A stretch of 64,000 nucleotides of DNA, from NCBI GenBank assembly GCA_964247055.1, contig OZ176052.1, positions 10,664,001 through 10,728,000 on the forward strand. The letters run 5' to 3'. Positions 1 to 14,496 of the stretch are shown here, in pieces; the stretch's first letter is position 1; every line of letters starts with the position of its first letter. The position numbers and the translations under genes are program-made. This DNA comes from Paragordius varius. Its lineage: Eukaryota > Animalia > Nematomorpha. Below the pieces are notes generated by a model that was not told where the DNA came from, did no database searches, and saw only the letters and a list, made by a program, of their open reading frames with translations.

Positions 1-3000
1 CGACAATTAAAGCGGTTGAAGCCACAACTAAAGCAGCTGATGCTCCAATCACAGATAACATAAAGTTCCGTTGCTATAAGAAAAAATAAAATGCTTTGGA
101 TTAAAAATATACGACAAAGCTTAAAAATAAAGAGTTACATTGATATTTTTTACAAAATCTTCATATGAAATTTATTATTAAGAGTGTTACCATTTCACAA
201 CTCTATTTCCTATTTTACGGCCCACGATAGGTTATATTCAAAAACTCATGGTTTAAAAATAATGGTTGTCTTTTTTTGTCTAATTTTCATTTTCACTGTA
301 AAATTTAGTTTTGTGATTTTATATAATAATAAAAAATACCGCTAATTCGTATTCCATTTTCGAGACAATCTCATCCCTAAATATGTAAAAGGGAATATAT
401 ATGTAAAATTGTTCGGTGTTTAATAGAAAAAAAATAATTAGGTGTATATTTTCATATATGTTCTCTAAACTAACCGATAAATGTTATATCATTTTAAGAT
501 AAGACATTTATAATTTGGTAACTTCTGATAAAAATTAATTCTAAAAATTAACAAATTAAAAATCATCAAACTTTAAACAAATTATTCAATATAAAACCAA
601 AGTCTAATTGATAAGCTTAATCTCTATGGCATTTTAATTGTGATATCATGTTTTATACTTTTAATATATTTTTCATAAATACATTTTAAAAAACGCAATC
701 AGCCTTTATTCCCTTTTAACTGCGCAAAATATAAAATCATATTTTCAGGTTAGTTGTTTTATAGAAGTCCGCACAAATTAGAGGTGCCTATTTTCAATTT
801 ATTTATCATTCTCCTTAATTTAAAATTGGAAAAATGGTAAAATAGTTACAATGATGAAGCCTTTTGTGGAACTCGCTCGCCTCTAACTCTTGTTTTATAC
901 CATCGGGATGCGAACGACATCAACTCATTGGCCGTGCAATTATCTGGTTGATTGTATAGATACATTTTGGATTTACGGAAGCTAATATAAAATATATTTT
1001 CAGTTAAGAATTGAAAAAATATATACATATATTGTAAAAAACAAGTACCTTTTTTTGTAATAAAATTGATTCTTTAAACATTATAAAAAAAGTAAACGCC
1101 TTTTTTTGTAAAATTTAAAAAAAATTCATGGGCAAAAACCAATGATTATTTTAATACTATATTCGAAAATTAATAAATTTTAATCCTAATATTAATTATA
1201 TCCGTATCAAACCATATCGTATATTTTAACAAAATCCAAGTCAAAAAATAAAATACGATAAATTTCGAAAAAATTAATTGTTACCGTAAAAAATGAGTAT
1301 TAAGAAAAATCATAATATTTACAAAATAAAAGCTGGAAATTCATGAATTCCGAATCGGTGCTCCAGTTCATCCGAGGCATCCACATCCACTTTACCAATA
1401 TTCATTTTACTGTTCAATCTAAGCGATACAGTAAAAAATGAAATTATGCAGATATCAAACTTAAAGACAAAAAATATTTTTTATAATAGACGCCCAAAGT
1501 TTTTTCAATTATAAAATATTATATAATTAATTATGTTATTAATTTACATGTCAATTTCATATTTTGCACTTTAAAACAATAAGTTATATTTAAATAAATC
1601 AGCACAACACTTCCTTTTCAACTTTTTTTGTCTTAGTTTACCTTTTGGTTTTATATGCCAGCGCTCAATTTGTAAATAAACAACAGTTTTAAAAGTTTTT
1701 TCAGTTGAAATTTAATTAAACATTCTTTTCATATATATATAAAGAAGCTTATATTTTTTACAATTTGCCACGAGTCTAAAATTGGGACAGCTTTAAAACG
1801 CAATTATAACGAACAGCTGATATTAAAAAAATATATTATGTTGCTGGTAAAATATAGCCTGAAAACTTTTCAAATTAATTATTTGCATTTTTAACCATAA
1901 TATACATTTATTTGCGTTGCATTAGCGATTTAAAAAAAAATTTAGTAAGAAAATGGCGGCAAAAAAATTCGAAATGAGGATTTTTTTAAAAAAATTTTAA
2001 AAGTTTATTGTATAAATGCGCCTAAAAGGTTAAAGAAGCATATTTTTAAATTCGGCTTAATAACTTAAATGCTTTTTAAGATATTCAAATTACAAATCGT
2101 TGGTATATAAATCTCCCCAAAAGGTATTGGAGACTTAAAAACTTTTAGCAATCTTTTCAAAAAATTATTGTATTTATGTTGTCTGTGAAATTTGAATTTT
2201 TACTCTAATTATCTAATATCTTACACATAAAAAGTATAAGTTATACTGAAAAGCAGTTTGTTTTAATTCATAAAAAATCAGAAAAACACATTTTCTTTAA
2301 ACGCAAAAAGTATTATACTTGGATGCAACCAATTCCCAAGTGGGCATAATCTCGGCCGTTTCATTACTCGAAGGTTCATAGCTGAAAATAGAATATTAAT
2401 CAATAATCAATTAATATTCATTTTTTTGAGATATCATTAAGAATAACTTAATATTGCATAGACAAGTACAAAACATAAATTTTTCTAGCTTGATGTGATA
2501 AATTCTGAGACCCTTAAAACAAAATTATTAAACAGAGTCAAATTTTAGATCAAGAAAATCGTATGGAAATTTCCAAAATAAATAAAATCGGACGAAATTA
2601 TATATAATCGCAAAAACAAGACTTACAATAGCACAAACCAATCCCCGGACGCTCCACCATGGGCAACTTGGGTAACTTTATCAAAATTTTCATCGTCCAA
2701 CTCTTTAACAACACTGTTTTTGTGGGATAATAACCATTTAAGTACGGCTTCGTCGTCCCAATCACCTAAAAAAATTGATTCCTTCTTTATTCTTATAGTT
2801 TGTTTAATAATTTGACCATTCTTATCATAAATTTTTGTCTGATACATGATTATTTTTTAAAATAATCTTTAAAACCAAAGAATAAAATAAGATAATAAGA
2901 AAGGATAAAATGGTATCTATACCATCATATAAAATGGGAATTTCTTTCCTCCAGAATATCAGGGCTGGGAAGGATGTAACGCCATGTTCCCTCGCTTCTG

Positions 3001-6000
3001 CAATATTATTTACTTTTATCATTTCAATCCCATATCGACCAGCATCATCATCAATGTTTTCTAACTCATCTAAAACTTCGTCGCATTTGTGACAATTTTT
3101 GGTATCTATAAATAATATTTTGTAATATATTGTAAAAGACAAATATTTTTTTCTAAAAGACAACCATATTTTAAAACCTTTTTATTTTTTACCTATCTTT
3201 TTGGGTCGCAAAATGAAAAGAAGAGATGTGTTTGGTAACATATTCATATACATATTTCAAAATGTAATTATATAGTTATGTGAAAAATATCAAGGTTTAA
3301 AAGAGTATGGTGGTTTTTTTGTGAAATTGTCTTTTAGTTATCCCTTTGTCCGTATTATAAAGATTTACCGTTATGATATCAATAAAAAGATTCCACAACT
3401 AATTCTAATGAATGATGGAAAAAATATTGATGATAAATTTTGTCATCCAACGAAAATTTTTAAATGCATTGTAAATTATTTTTACTGATAATCTTAGGAG
3501 ATGAAACTGTATATAGTAAGAAACTCTTTTTTATTTAATAAATTCTTAGTTGTTGGATAAAAATACTGCAATCAAAATAACATCTAATTTTCGGTGAACG
3601 TTTTATCGGTCTAATAATTCAATTAAAGAAGAGCTGTTTAGTTTAATTGCAAAGTTAATTTCTGATTTACATATTTAAAGTAGTTAACACAGTATAAAAA
3701 ATCTACCAACCATATTTTTATTATGATTTATATTTTATCGCTCTTGGATTTCCGATTAAATTACTCTCAATACTTGATACAGAATAAAGAATAAAAAACA
3801 AATTCTAATCCTTCGACATGTAAACAAACGTATTAAAAAAATATATGTTAACCATGATTTAAAAAAATGGATTATATCTGTGTTCAACAAAACCATCTTT
3901 TGCTTGAATAATTACAAAATAATTATAATGAAAAAGATTATTTTGTAAGGAGACAAGGAGAGATTTGGCTGGTATTTACTAATGTTTAAATAGAAAGGCG
4001 AATTACATTCATAAATTATGATGTCTTACCCTATTGCGTTTTTTACATTTGACAGATCACAAAATCGTCTTATATAAAAATATCCTGATAAAATTTATAT
4101 ATTCTGATAGAATGCTTCAGGATACCCACAGAGCTTTTGGTTTTTGGCACTTACGAGCTTCTTACGAAAGTTCAAATTTAGTAGTAAATAAATTATTGAA
4201 TGAATTCTGAATGCTTCGTTTCAAAAATATTTTTAATAACTATGCCCTAAATTAACTATATTTAAAAAGGAAAACAATGTTTACATTAAAATAAAAAATG
4301 GTTATTTATGAAAAATGCTAGTAGGGTAAAGGAAGCATGGTGAAAACGTTCTTTAATATATTTAAGATAAATTACAGTAAAAGTTGAAAATATACGGACA
4401 AACGTAAAAATATAAAGACAAAATTTTTTTTCAAAAGCATACATTTTAAACCTTAATTTATCGTATAAAAATCATTTAAATACAATCAAAATACAGAATT
4501 GACTGTGTTAACGATTTACATCTCTATTGCATGGTATGCAGTTTACAACAATCAGTTATTTTAATAAATAAAGATCTGAAAAGTATGGTTTTGTCTTTAA
4601 AAAAATATTTGTCTTTATATTTTTACGTTTTGTCCGTATAATTTCAATTTGTACTATAAGAATTTTTACTATATAATTTGATAAGGCAGAACATTTCTAT
4701 CCTCAGAATTTCGATCAAAAGATTTGTGTCTACTATAAAATTGTATGTGAAAACCCAATTTGTATTAAATTTAAATTTGAAGTCGAAATTCCGAGTTGAA
4801 ATAAACGTTCATGATCATCATTAAATTCTTTTGTAATATCTTAAATTGTTACAACGATTCCACCCCGCTTAAAAATAAATTTTTCTCCTGTCGTAATCTG
4901 GCATACATTGTTATTGCGCAATCTCAGGAATTTTAAGTTTATTTTAAAAAAACTAGACCATTTTGCATCAAAAATTTGAGATTTTAGGAGTCCACATCTA
5001 AAAATTAAAATTACGAATTAAACATTGAATTTTATTATTTTTTAAAGTTTAATATTATACAACCTTCACAAAATTAATTTTCAAATTTTAAAGATCGAAT
5101 GTATAAACACTAAACATCAAATTTGGACTTTTTTAACCGTTGTTTGTAGAAACTTCAATTTTACTTTATTTGAAATCAAATAACGAAAAATGGTCGTTTT
5201 TATAGTTTTTTAAAAGAAATCGATCCTAATTTAACGTTCGTAAATTTTTTACAGTTAAAAGTTATAAAGATAGAGCCAATTATTTTATATCATTTGAAAT
5301 ATCGCAAAATATCGAAGTGTATTGAGTTATGTGGATTAAAATGGTTTGAATTATATGATAATGTGAAAATTAGGATCTTAGTATAAATAAATTTTTCTAA
5401 ACCGATAAAATTACAATCAAGCTTTTATATAAATGTTAATTTTTTCATGTACCTTTTAGAAATTTTAAAAACTTAAGTGCATTCATTTTCCGATGGTAAC
5501 ACAAAAAATATTGAATAATGGAAAAAACCTGAATGTCAAAAAATTCTCTAGCTCAATATTTGCCAATCCTATTTGATATTTTGTGGTGCAAAATTGGTAT
5601 GTCTCATCAACAAAAAGAAGAGACTGCTGATTTTTTGCACTAAAAACGCAGATGTAAAAATGTTTTAAAAAATCGGTACATGTTCGTATGCTATTTAACG
5701 GTTCTTAGGACCGCCTTAAATTAATTTCTATTTCTAGCAACTGGTCTTTTCAATTCTGTTGCTTTCGGAAAATTTGAGTCATAAACAAAAAGTTCATAAC
5801 ATTGAAAGATTTATTTATCATTATAATAAGATTTTATTATGCTCATAAAAGATGACAAGCCTCTAATTAAAATTTAGAATTTCCAAATTCCTAGGAGCTA
5901 TAAAATTATTAGCGTTTCCTTTCTCTACTTTATAAATAACCTTGTAATTAAATTAACATTTAAATCAATTCTTTTGATCCAATTATTTTAATATCCATTC

Positions 6001-6856
6001 ATTCTCTGGTAAAAAAACCACATCAAATAAATAAATTGTGTGGAAGCAATTCATATTTTTTTTTAAAAATAAATATATTAATTCATAAAAATAATTATTT
6101 GATTAAAAAATTACCAGTCGTGAAACGGTAATCGAAAAATTAATAATGATTATGAAAAAAATACCAGAAATATTGATTTAAAAAAATGCGTTCTGGCTAT
6201 ATCCATATTTTATTACAAGAAAGGGTTATGATATGTAAATATATCCAAAATAGGTAATTTTTTCATATAATTTTTTGAAATTTTTAATCAATCTCTCAAA
6301 CATCAAATATGGGGAAATTTTTACGATTAATAATACGTTAAAATAGAGGCACCGGCGCAAGAAACATTCAAAGAAATACAATATAAATATCTAGGTTTAC
6401 ATAAAAATAATTTTGATTCATGCCCTATTAATTCTAGCGCCAAACTAAAAAAACCTTGCTCCAACTTCGTTCAAAAAGGCATGTGAATAATAATCATGAA
6501 TGAATAGCAAGCAGATTTTGATTTGCATTTATTTATCAAAAACACTCCAATATTCAAAAAATTAAAAATTATCAATTTCTCCAGTACAAAGCATATAAAT
6601 TCCCTAATAGGGGCTGAAGTAATGATTACAAAAATTTAAAAATAGAGCACAATATATACATAGAATATGAAATCTTACAGAAAATGACAGCAACATAATC
6701 TTTTTGGTCAACCATGTTCTCGAACGATTCTCGCGACAAATCTTCGATCACTTCCTCATCCCCTTCGTCACCCGACACTGCGTATTTCGGAATGATTTGA
6801 AAAACAGTCCATATAGTTATGACAGCCAAAGCCGTTGGAGTAGAACAAAATTTCAT
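1..6856 (-). CDS. Thioredoxin-domain type I membrane protein (signal peptide, two TRX-like folds, C-terminal TM; resembles Drosophila CG11790-type proteins); 3' end runs off the window start
   Basis: Phase-consistent GT-AG exons: 6856-6679, 3105-2923, 2765-2627, 2381-2319, 1418-1323, 981-850, 376-340, 73-<1. Translation contains NCHKCDEVLDELENIDDD, ELDDENFDKVTQ..GDWFVLFY, NIGKVDVD..RFGIHEFPAF, WYK..RGERVP and a hydrophobic tail FMLSVIGASAALVVASTALIV. Confidence 0.85.
1560..2300 (+). repeat. Unclassified interspersed repeat, family C (in an intron of the TRX gene)
   Basis: Blocks such as ctaaaattgggacagc, aacgaacagctgatattaa, cattagcgatttaaaa and aaaatggcggc recur at about 18230-18560 (+), 19940-20300 (+), 30040-30350 (-), 37400-37830 (-) and 46830-47370 (+). 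Boundaries approximate. Confidence 0.75.
4375..4656. mobile_element. Tc1/mariner-type MITE (family E)
   Basis: Imperfect inverted ends of about 60 bp (cagtaaaagttgaaaatatacggacaaacgtaaaaatataaagacaaa / tttgtctttatatttttacgttttgtccgtataatttcaatttgtact), flanked by TA; no ORF. Confidence 0.7.
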
Positions 6857-8243
6857 GATATTATGATATAATTAATCAATTGATTAAATTTGATTTGCCA
6901 CAAAAAAGTTTAATATGCAGAAATGAAAACTATTAATAACTAATGTAAGGAGAAAAATTTCGAAGAAAAGCAAACGATATCGATTTAATCGAATCGGACC
7001 AAACTTATCTCGTTTAACCAATGATGATGGAATGATTGCGTGTTAAATGTTGTGGACTTTGTTGAATATATGTCGATTAATTAAATATAAATTTAATTTT
7101 TCTGTGTAAATAGATGTATGTTGTGTTTTGTTGGTGAGCCTTCTTTCTCCGAAGGCTAATCTTTTGCAAAAATGTAATGAATGATTTTTTTGTTACTTAT
7201 ATAATCTCTTTTTTAAACGTGTATATAATATATGATATGTGAAATATATCACAACTAAACTACAACTAACTACTAACCGATCAAAATTATTGATTTATTT
7301 ATTTGCTCGTTTTTCGTTCCGTTTCGTTAGAGATATCAAATTTTAATCTTATTTTTTATCGTTCATGGTTTTTCTTTTTGGAAAAGCGATGCCATATAAA
7401 GTTCACACGAAGTAATTTGATGATACGACTAATTTTCTAAAAAAATCTTTTTACGGGCTAGTTTTCTAAGAATTTTGTCGCAAATTGAATTATATTTATT
7501 ATGTATTTACCAGTTTTTTAATATATTTTTTTAGTATTTGGATTAAGAGTGTATATTTATCATCAGGATAGAATGTAAATTAATATATGTGGTAAAATAT
7601 TATTCGGAAAAAAACATCTTTTTTCAATTTGTAACACGCACACTAAATATTTGGATGCAATTATGTTAATGAATTTTTAAGATACATATTACACAAAAAT
7701 AAACCGAAAAATATTGAAATCAATAAATTTTTATTGTTTATAATATAATAATAACATTTATTAGAAAATTTTTTTCGAAATATCATTTAAAATACTAAGA
7801 AATAAGTTTTAATCAATATATGATTGGTTTATATCCAAGTTTTGATTATAGATATATTATTGTATTTGTGGGTTTAAATTGAATTGATTAGTATTATAAG
7901 TTAATTGTAGGTTAATATTCTATAAAAAAATTTTTTTTGGAAAGATATGAAAAAAATACACAAAGTAATGATACCTTTTAGCAGAAGCTTACGAAAATAT
8001 TTGTCCACAACTGTATTATTTTATATAATGCGTTTTCTTTGCATGTGTTTTACAAACAAAATAATTTCATATTGTCTTTTATTAAACGTTAAGCGTTAAT
8101 GTGGATGGTTTTTTGTCATTTATATTATATTCGCGCGGTTTCCTTTTTTAAAACACATATTTACGCCTTGAATGAAAAGTAGAGCCATGTGAATAGGCCA
8201 GGAAACATGAATTTCGGTAAATGAGCCGGATCAAGTAGCCGAA

Positions 8244-11200
8244 ATGGCTCAATTGTTGTCAAAAGGTAAGATAAGAAAAATTTAAGGCAAAATTTTTTAG
8301 ATCGATAATTTTGTACAACCTTTATATCTTTAAAAGAAAATAAGAATTATGGTGATTTAGAATATTATATAAGCCTAAGGCGTGATGGTATAATAGGTAG
8401 GGCGTCGGACTCTTACACTCCGTGCCAGAGTTTGAACCCTAAAACTACGCAATTTTTCCATTATCACTGTCAGCCCTGGGCTGGCGAATGTTAAAGCCTT
8501 CACATGTCCGGATACAATTTAAGTCCTTACCCTTCAATAAAAAAAGGGTAAAAGAGACTCTTAAACTGTATATTTATAATGTTATATAATAATCCGTCTT
8601 ATTCACATGGCTCATTCACATGGGCATATTTTGATCTGTCCAAGAGCTTATGAACAAATGTATGAAAAATAATATTATGTTATCTTATTTTAGGGTATTT
8701 TTGCTTAAACTATTCACATATTCGGACTTGCTAATGGTAAGCTAAATTATTGTTAATTTTGTACACCCGGAAACCTATTATCATTCAAAATTTATTATTA
8801 TTATATTTATTTCTTTATTGTAATAAATACCGATTCATCGATGTTTCATAGACATTTTTTTGGGTCGAAGCAAGTAACGACAATCGAAGAAATGATGTGT
8901 TGGTTTTCTTGTATTTTAAGATTTTTTGGTTCACTTGCTGCCTTAAATAGTGGTTTGTCTCAAATAGCACTTAATCTTTATTTGCAAAAGCAAGATGGAT
9001 TCTTAGTTTTTTAAAAAGTTTCCGAGCAAAAAAAAGCATTGTATCGCCGACAAGGACCCGTAGTTTTTTACTGTATAATCGCCTGCAAAAATTTAATTAT
9101 CTACATATAGGTGATTTGACCGGTAAGATATTATATCCGGTTTAACCGCCTATAAATGCAGTTGTTAATGGTCATCAGCAATCATCTTTGTCAAAAATGC
9201 AAAATTGTAACCACAGAAAAATACGCTAACCGTATGATTTTAAAAGTTTTAACAATATCAATTACATATACAAAATTACAAAATGATATTTTACCTTTAT
9301 ATTTTTACCTTTGGTATCCACCAAAAAATTCGGCTCCGTCTTTTAGTGCGGGCAACAAAGTATATTATCGAATACTTGTCTGTTAAATATAAATACAAAT
9401 ATATGAAATGGGGAGAATCATAATGGGACTTAAATAATACTTAATAATGCGGTGTGATCCGCAATATGTACCTCTAATATAATTTTACATGATAAATTGT
9501 AAATATTTTTCCAAATGTGGCCAGAAACCACTAATTTAGAATATGATATTTATTTGAATCAACGGGATTAAAATTGGTTTTTAAGTGGTTATTTATATAA
9601 AAAATCTCAACCTAAAAAATTTTAAAACAATCGGAAAAAATTAATATTTTACTGAAAAATATATTAAGCCATAAACTCTTTTAATCTGTACAGTTTTATG
9701 TCGTTAACGAATCAGGGCTAACAAGAGATAAATTTAATTATATATAATTGAGAGTTAATGGAAAAATAGTTTCACCTCGCTGGTTGTTTTAATCAATTTT
9801 TATCATTAAATAAATTATCAATTATATATCTTTTTATTTTCTTTTTCATTGTTCATCGTGTGTTTTCTTACAGTTAATGTTCATAATTTATATAACAATA
9901 GATGTTTTTATTAGGATGATATTCATATTTCAACAAATTCTAAAAAATTGTTTTTGTTAAAAACAAACCACTGGTTATATCATATAATACTATCTAGCAA
10001 CCAAACAAATTGTAAAAAATATGCATTGATATATTCAAAAGAAAGATTTTATCTGTTCCAAAAAAATATGAATCCTAATTCTCTAAGGGGAAAAAAATAT
10101 CTTTTTGAATCCAATATACATAATAAATAACATTTATAAGTGTATCACAAAGGTACAATAGGTTAAAAATATTGTTTATGTTTGCAATTAATTATTATAA
10201 CAAATTTTTTCAGCTCTCAGCATTTTTATACAAAAATGTTTTATGATTATCCTGGTCAAACTTCTGCATTCGGCATGATTTACAGGTTTTAATTTCTTTA
10301 TATAAAAATATTATTTCATCAAGCTTAAGCCTAAAATACATATCATGGTTAAATCATTTTTAATTTAAAATATATATACATTTAGAAATGTCGGAAAATC
10401 CGGGCTTCGTGTCTCATGCTTAGGATTAGGTAAGTTACTTTATTTTAACACATTTAGGTACTTGGATAACTTTTGCCAATCAAATCAGTGACCAGGTTAA
10501 AACATATTTGTACGTGTTTGTCAATAATTCAAATTTTATTTTAAAGCAGGGGTGTCCGATATGCACGTGGGCTGCATCAGCCCGCGAAAATTTTGAAAAA
10601 GAACCAAATACCTATGAAATTCCATAATTTGCTAAAATATTTATTAGTTTTCAATAAAATTTCTATAGTTTTTCTAAATTATGGCAACAAACTAGCAAAT
10701 ATTCCTTGAAATGTATAATAATTTTATTGTCGCACTATATTAAACATATTGCCCATATTTTTCTAAATGAGGCCCGCTAGTTTTGACTACAAGATTCAAG
10801 GCACGAAGTAATTTGTGTTGGGGACCCCTGTTTTAAAGCCTATGTTAATATAAAATATTTTTTTAAAATAAATAAATAATTGTAGCATAAAAAAACTATT
10901 TTTTGGATTCTAAATTTCGTCAGACTCTTAATTAAACTAGGAAGCCGAAAATATTGTTAGAGTCGCGTATGATAATGGGATCAATTTTTTCGATACAAGT
11001 GAATCGTACGCTGGAAACAAGTTTATATCTGATGCTTATATTTTATTAATAGATATAACAAAACAAAATTAATTATTTGTTTATGAAATAGGCACAATTA
11101 CTAAATTTCTGCTTCAGAATTAAATCGATAACATTAATTTATATTTATTTTCAAATACGTGCCAATGAAAATATGTTCAGAGTTGACTGATTATTTTTTA

Positions 11201-13589
11201 ACTGTCGACCGGTCAGACCCATCTTTATTTGCAACCATTTTAAAGATAATTGGCAATAAAAAGTCCTTTAAACCGTGACCGTGCCGATTATACACTAAAT
11301 GGTGTAGTGAGAATTCGAATAATAAATGAGGCCCATTTTAACTGCTATTTTTACGGTTAAAAATTTTAAAATTATAAAATTATTTATATTTGGGGAGGAT
11401 GGTAGTATCTAAATCGATTGCCTTATATTATACCATAAATGGTTTTCACTTTTTGAAATATATAGATGAAAAAAATGTTTAATTTATACATTCTTATTTT
11501 AGAGCGGAAATTTTGCTTGGATCCATCTTGCGGAAAATGCATTGGAGGTCATTTCTTATTTTATATGTTTCATTTTCCTACTGTTAGGTATCAAATTTAA
11601 AAAATTAATATGTTGCCTTTAAAAATGTTTTGTAGAAGGTCTTCATATGTCATTTCCACGAAGATTCACGTAAGTGGAAAGTAATTAAAGTTTTTTTTTC
11701 ATTACAAAACTCTAAAATATAATAAATCCTTCCTAACACCTACTTAGTATTAACATTTTTTTTGTTGTATCTAGACTTGAGAATGAGAAAGGACTTTCTC
11801 GCAAACATATTATTGAAGGTAAAACTTCATTTTTTGTGTGACAAATTTTTATAAAGATATATTTTTTTGAAAAGTAACATATTTTAGGTATCAAGGCATC
11901 CCTGATTCGCCTACAATTAGATTATGTCGATATAATATTTGCTAAAAAATATGAAGCCAATGTTAGTATGGAAGGTATAGTTTAGTTTTTAAATAACTCA
12001 GAATAAAACTTTCTAAATGAATTTTATAATAATGATAGAAATCGTTAGGGCTTTCACTCATGTCATTAATCAAGGATGGGCCTTGTATTGGGGCACTTGT
12101 AAATGGAATGCCGCTGAAATTATGGTATTTCTTTTTTTTAATTATAAAGTAAATATTGAAATACGGACAGAAGTAATAATATAAAGACAAATATTTTTTT
12201 TCAAAAGACCTATGTACTTTTTTATAACTTAACTCATTGTTTTTAAATTTCAGAGGGTGAAATAGGTATGTGTATTGATAAATTACCTATTTTACAATGG
12301 TAATTGTCTAATTATATAGAATTAAGGATTAAGAAGGTATGGCTGCTTTAGAAAAAATATATTAAATTGTCTTTGTATTGTATTATGTCTGTATAATTTC
12401 AATTTTTACCGTATAATATGGGCTTATTTTAAAATTTAAAATCGTTCCCACAAAATTTTACTAACTAGTTTTTTTTATTTAATATTATAGGAGGCATATG
12501 CATTAGCTCGCCAATTTAACTTAATACCACCCATTACAGATATTTCGGAATACAATTTTTTAAACCGCGAAAAAATGGAAACTTCGCTCGAGGACTTATA
12601 CATGAATATTGGTAATTAGCTAAATAGGAATGTAATTTTAAAAAATAAACTCATTTTATAGGTCCAACAAGAAATTTTTTATTTTAAAGGCCTAAAAATT
12701 AATTATTAGTCTAAAAACTTAATGAGATAAAATAAAGATTGTCTATATATCTCTCAAATAAAATTAGATACAAATATTTTTAGGTTATGGTGGTATAGGT
12801 TGTTCCTCACTATACAGTGGAATCTTTTCCGGGAAATATGTAAGAGGCATACCCGAATCCATCTGTCGAGCCAAATTAAATGTATGACATTTTCCTTGGA
12901 TGTAATATTTTAACTAAACCAAATAGCTAATTATTTAATTTAATATTGCTTTTAGAATTGCAAAAAACTCAAAGATAAAATATTGGATTCAAGGTTCCAA
13001 CAAATCCTGAATCCAGCATTGGAAAAAATGAATGCACTGGCACAAGAATGTAACTGTACATCAGCTCAATTGGCAATTGGTTTTTAGTCATTTTTTTCAA
13101 TATGATTAAACACATTTTTGGCTAAATAATTCAAGCTAAATCATTAAATTATAATTGAAATTAAATTTTTTCGTTATTTTATCAGTAAAAAACGGTTGAA
13201 AGTTATGAAATATCATAAGAATTGGTAGTTCTACAACGAATTTAGAACACAATTGATAATAATTTTTTCCATTAACAAATTATTTTTAATTATAATACAA
13301 CACTGATTTATTGGTACCAAATATTCTTTATGATTTAAAAATACTAAAAAATCATTAACACACAATAATTTGATAAAATAGGGCTTTACTGTTATTTCTA
13401 ATAAGGTTAATATATATTTTGGGAATTTTAACTAGATGAATATATCAAAGAGATTTGTTTAGTTGATATATACTTTTTAATTTTATATTTTATATTATAG
13501 CGTGGTGTTTAAGAATGAATCATTGTTCTTCTGTAGTTTTGGGAGTAACATCTGTTGCACAGTTATTAGAAAATTTGCAGTCCATAAAT
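8244..13589 (+). CDS. KCNAB: Voltage-gated potassium channel beta subunit (aldo-keto reductase fold; KCNAB/Hyperkinetic family)
   Basis: Spliced exons give [131 protein letters not shown]. The N-terminal exons (8244-8265, 8852-8873) are tentative; the last conserved exon is 13501-13589. Confidence 0.93.
8378..8545 (+). mobile_element. tRNA-derived SINE (degenerate) in the first KCNAB intron
   Basis: A-box-like tggtataataggtag and B-box-like agtttgaaccc with tRNA spacing, then a non-tRNA body and an A-rich tail; a related fragment lies at about 47680-47730. Confidence 0.55.
10547..10830. mobile_element. hAT-type MITE
   Basis: TIRs caggggtgtcc / gggacccctg with a perfect 8-bp target-site duplication, ttttaaag. 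Confidence 0.9.
12146..12411. mobile_element. Tc1/mariner-type MITE (family E, second copy) in a KCNAB intron
   Basis: Inverted ends similar to the 4375-4656 copy (ttgaaatacggac...aatataaagacaaa / tgtctgtataatttcaatttttac). Confidence 0.6.
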
Positions 13590-14161
13590 GTAAGTATTAT
13601 TTTATTATACAATTCTCATGGGAGCAATACATTTGAACTGACATATATTCAAAAAAATTTAAAATTTTTGGTTAGGATTATTTATATTTATAAAAATTTT
13701 AGGTCTGATATCAATATATGGTATTATAATATAAAATCACTTTTTGAAATACTAGAAATAAGCTAGTAAATGTAAAAAACAGCAAAGTTAAATGTTTTAT
13801 TACGTCCTCTAAAAAGTAAGGGTATCCCGTTAATACGGATTTTTCCGGTCATGGTTAAATGAGCTCATTTTAGAAATTATTTAATAAAATGTAAAATTCT
13901 TCTATTAAATATTTTTTGGATTTAAGTTATCAAACTGAGGCATTTTGTAATGTGTAAATACAGTTGAAATATGTCGTATAAAATAAGATATATGTCGTAT
14001 CTATATTACCTGAAAAAATTATATATATTTTTTTTAACAACTTTTTCCTCCCAGCTAAGAGGTCCCGCATATAAGATTGAATATAATTTAGGAAATTATA
14101 ATTTTCATTACGCGTTGTAATATAATTCCTTTTATATCCTAGAGAAAATCAAAGTTTAAAA

Positions 14162-14392
14162 GAGGGGTGTCCAACATCCACAAGAAATTTTAAATTGAAA
14201 ATTTTACGAAATCTAAATAAAATTGATTTCATAAAACAACTTCTGAATAAGTCTGAATTCGGTAATAACCTAACAAAAATTGTTAAAATATTTAGTATTT
14301 TTAATAATTTTTTGTTTTAAATTAAATAAAATTTTACAAATGGCCATATATTTCGCTGATGCGGCCCATGCCATTTGTGTCAGAAAGCACTG
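14162..14392. mobile_element. hAT-type MITE
   Basis: Degenerate TIRs gaggggtgtccaac / gaaagcactg with a perfect 8-bp TSD, gtttaaaa. Confidence 0.8.
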
Positions 14393-14496
14393 GTTTAAAA
14401 CATTTTACTAAAATTTTATATTATGTAAAAAAAATAAGTACACTTTAAAACTGGGTGTGAAAATGTAATCATACATTTATGCAATATTTCAAACAG

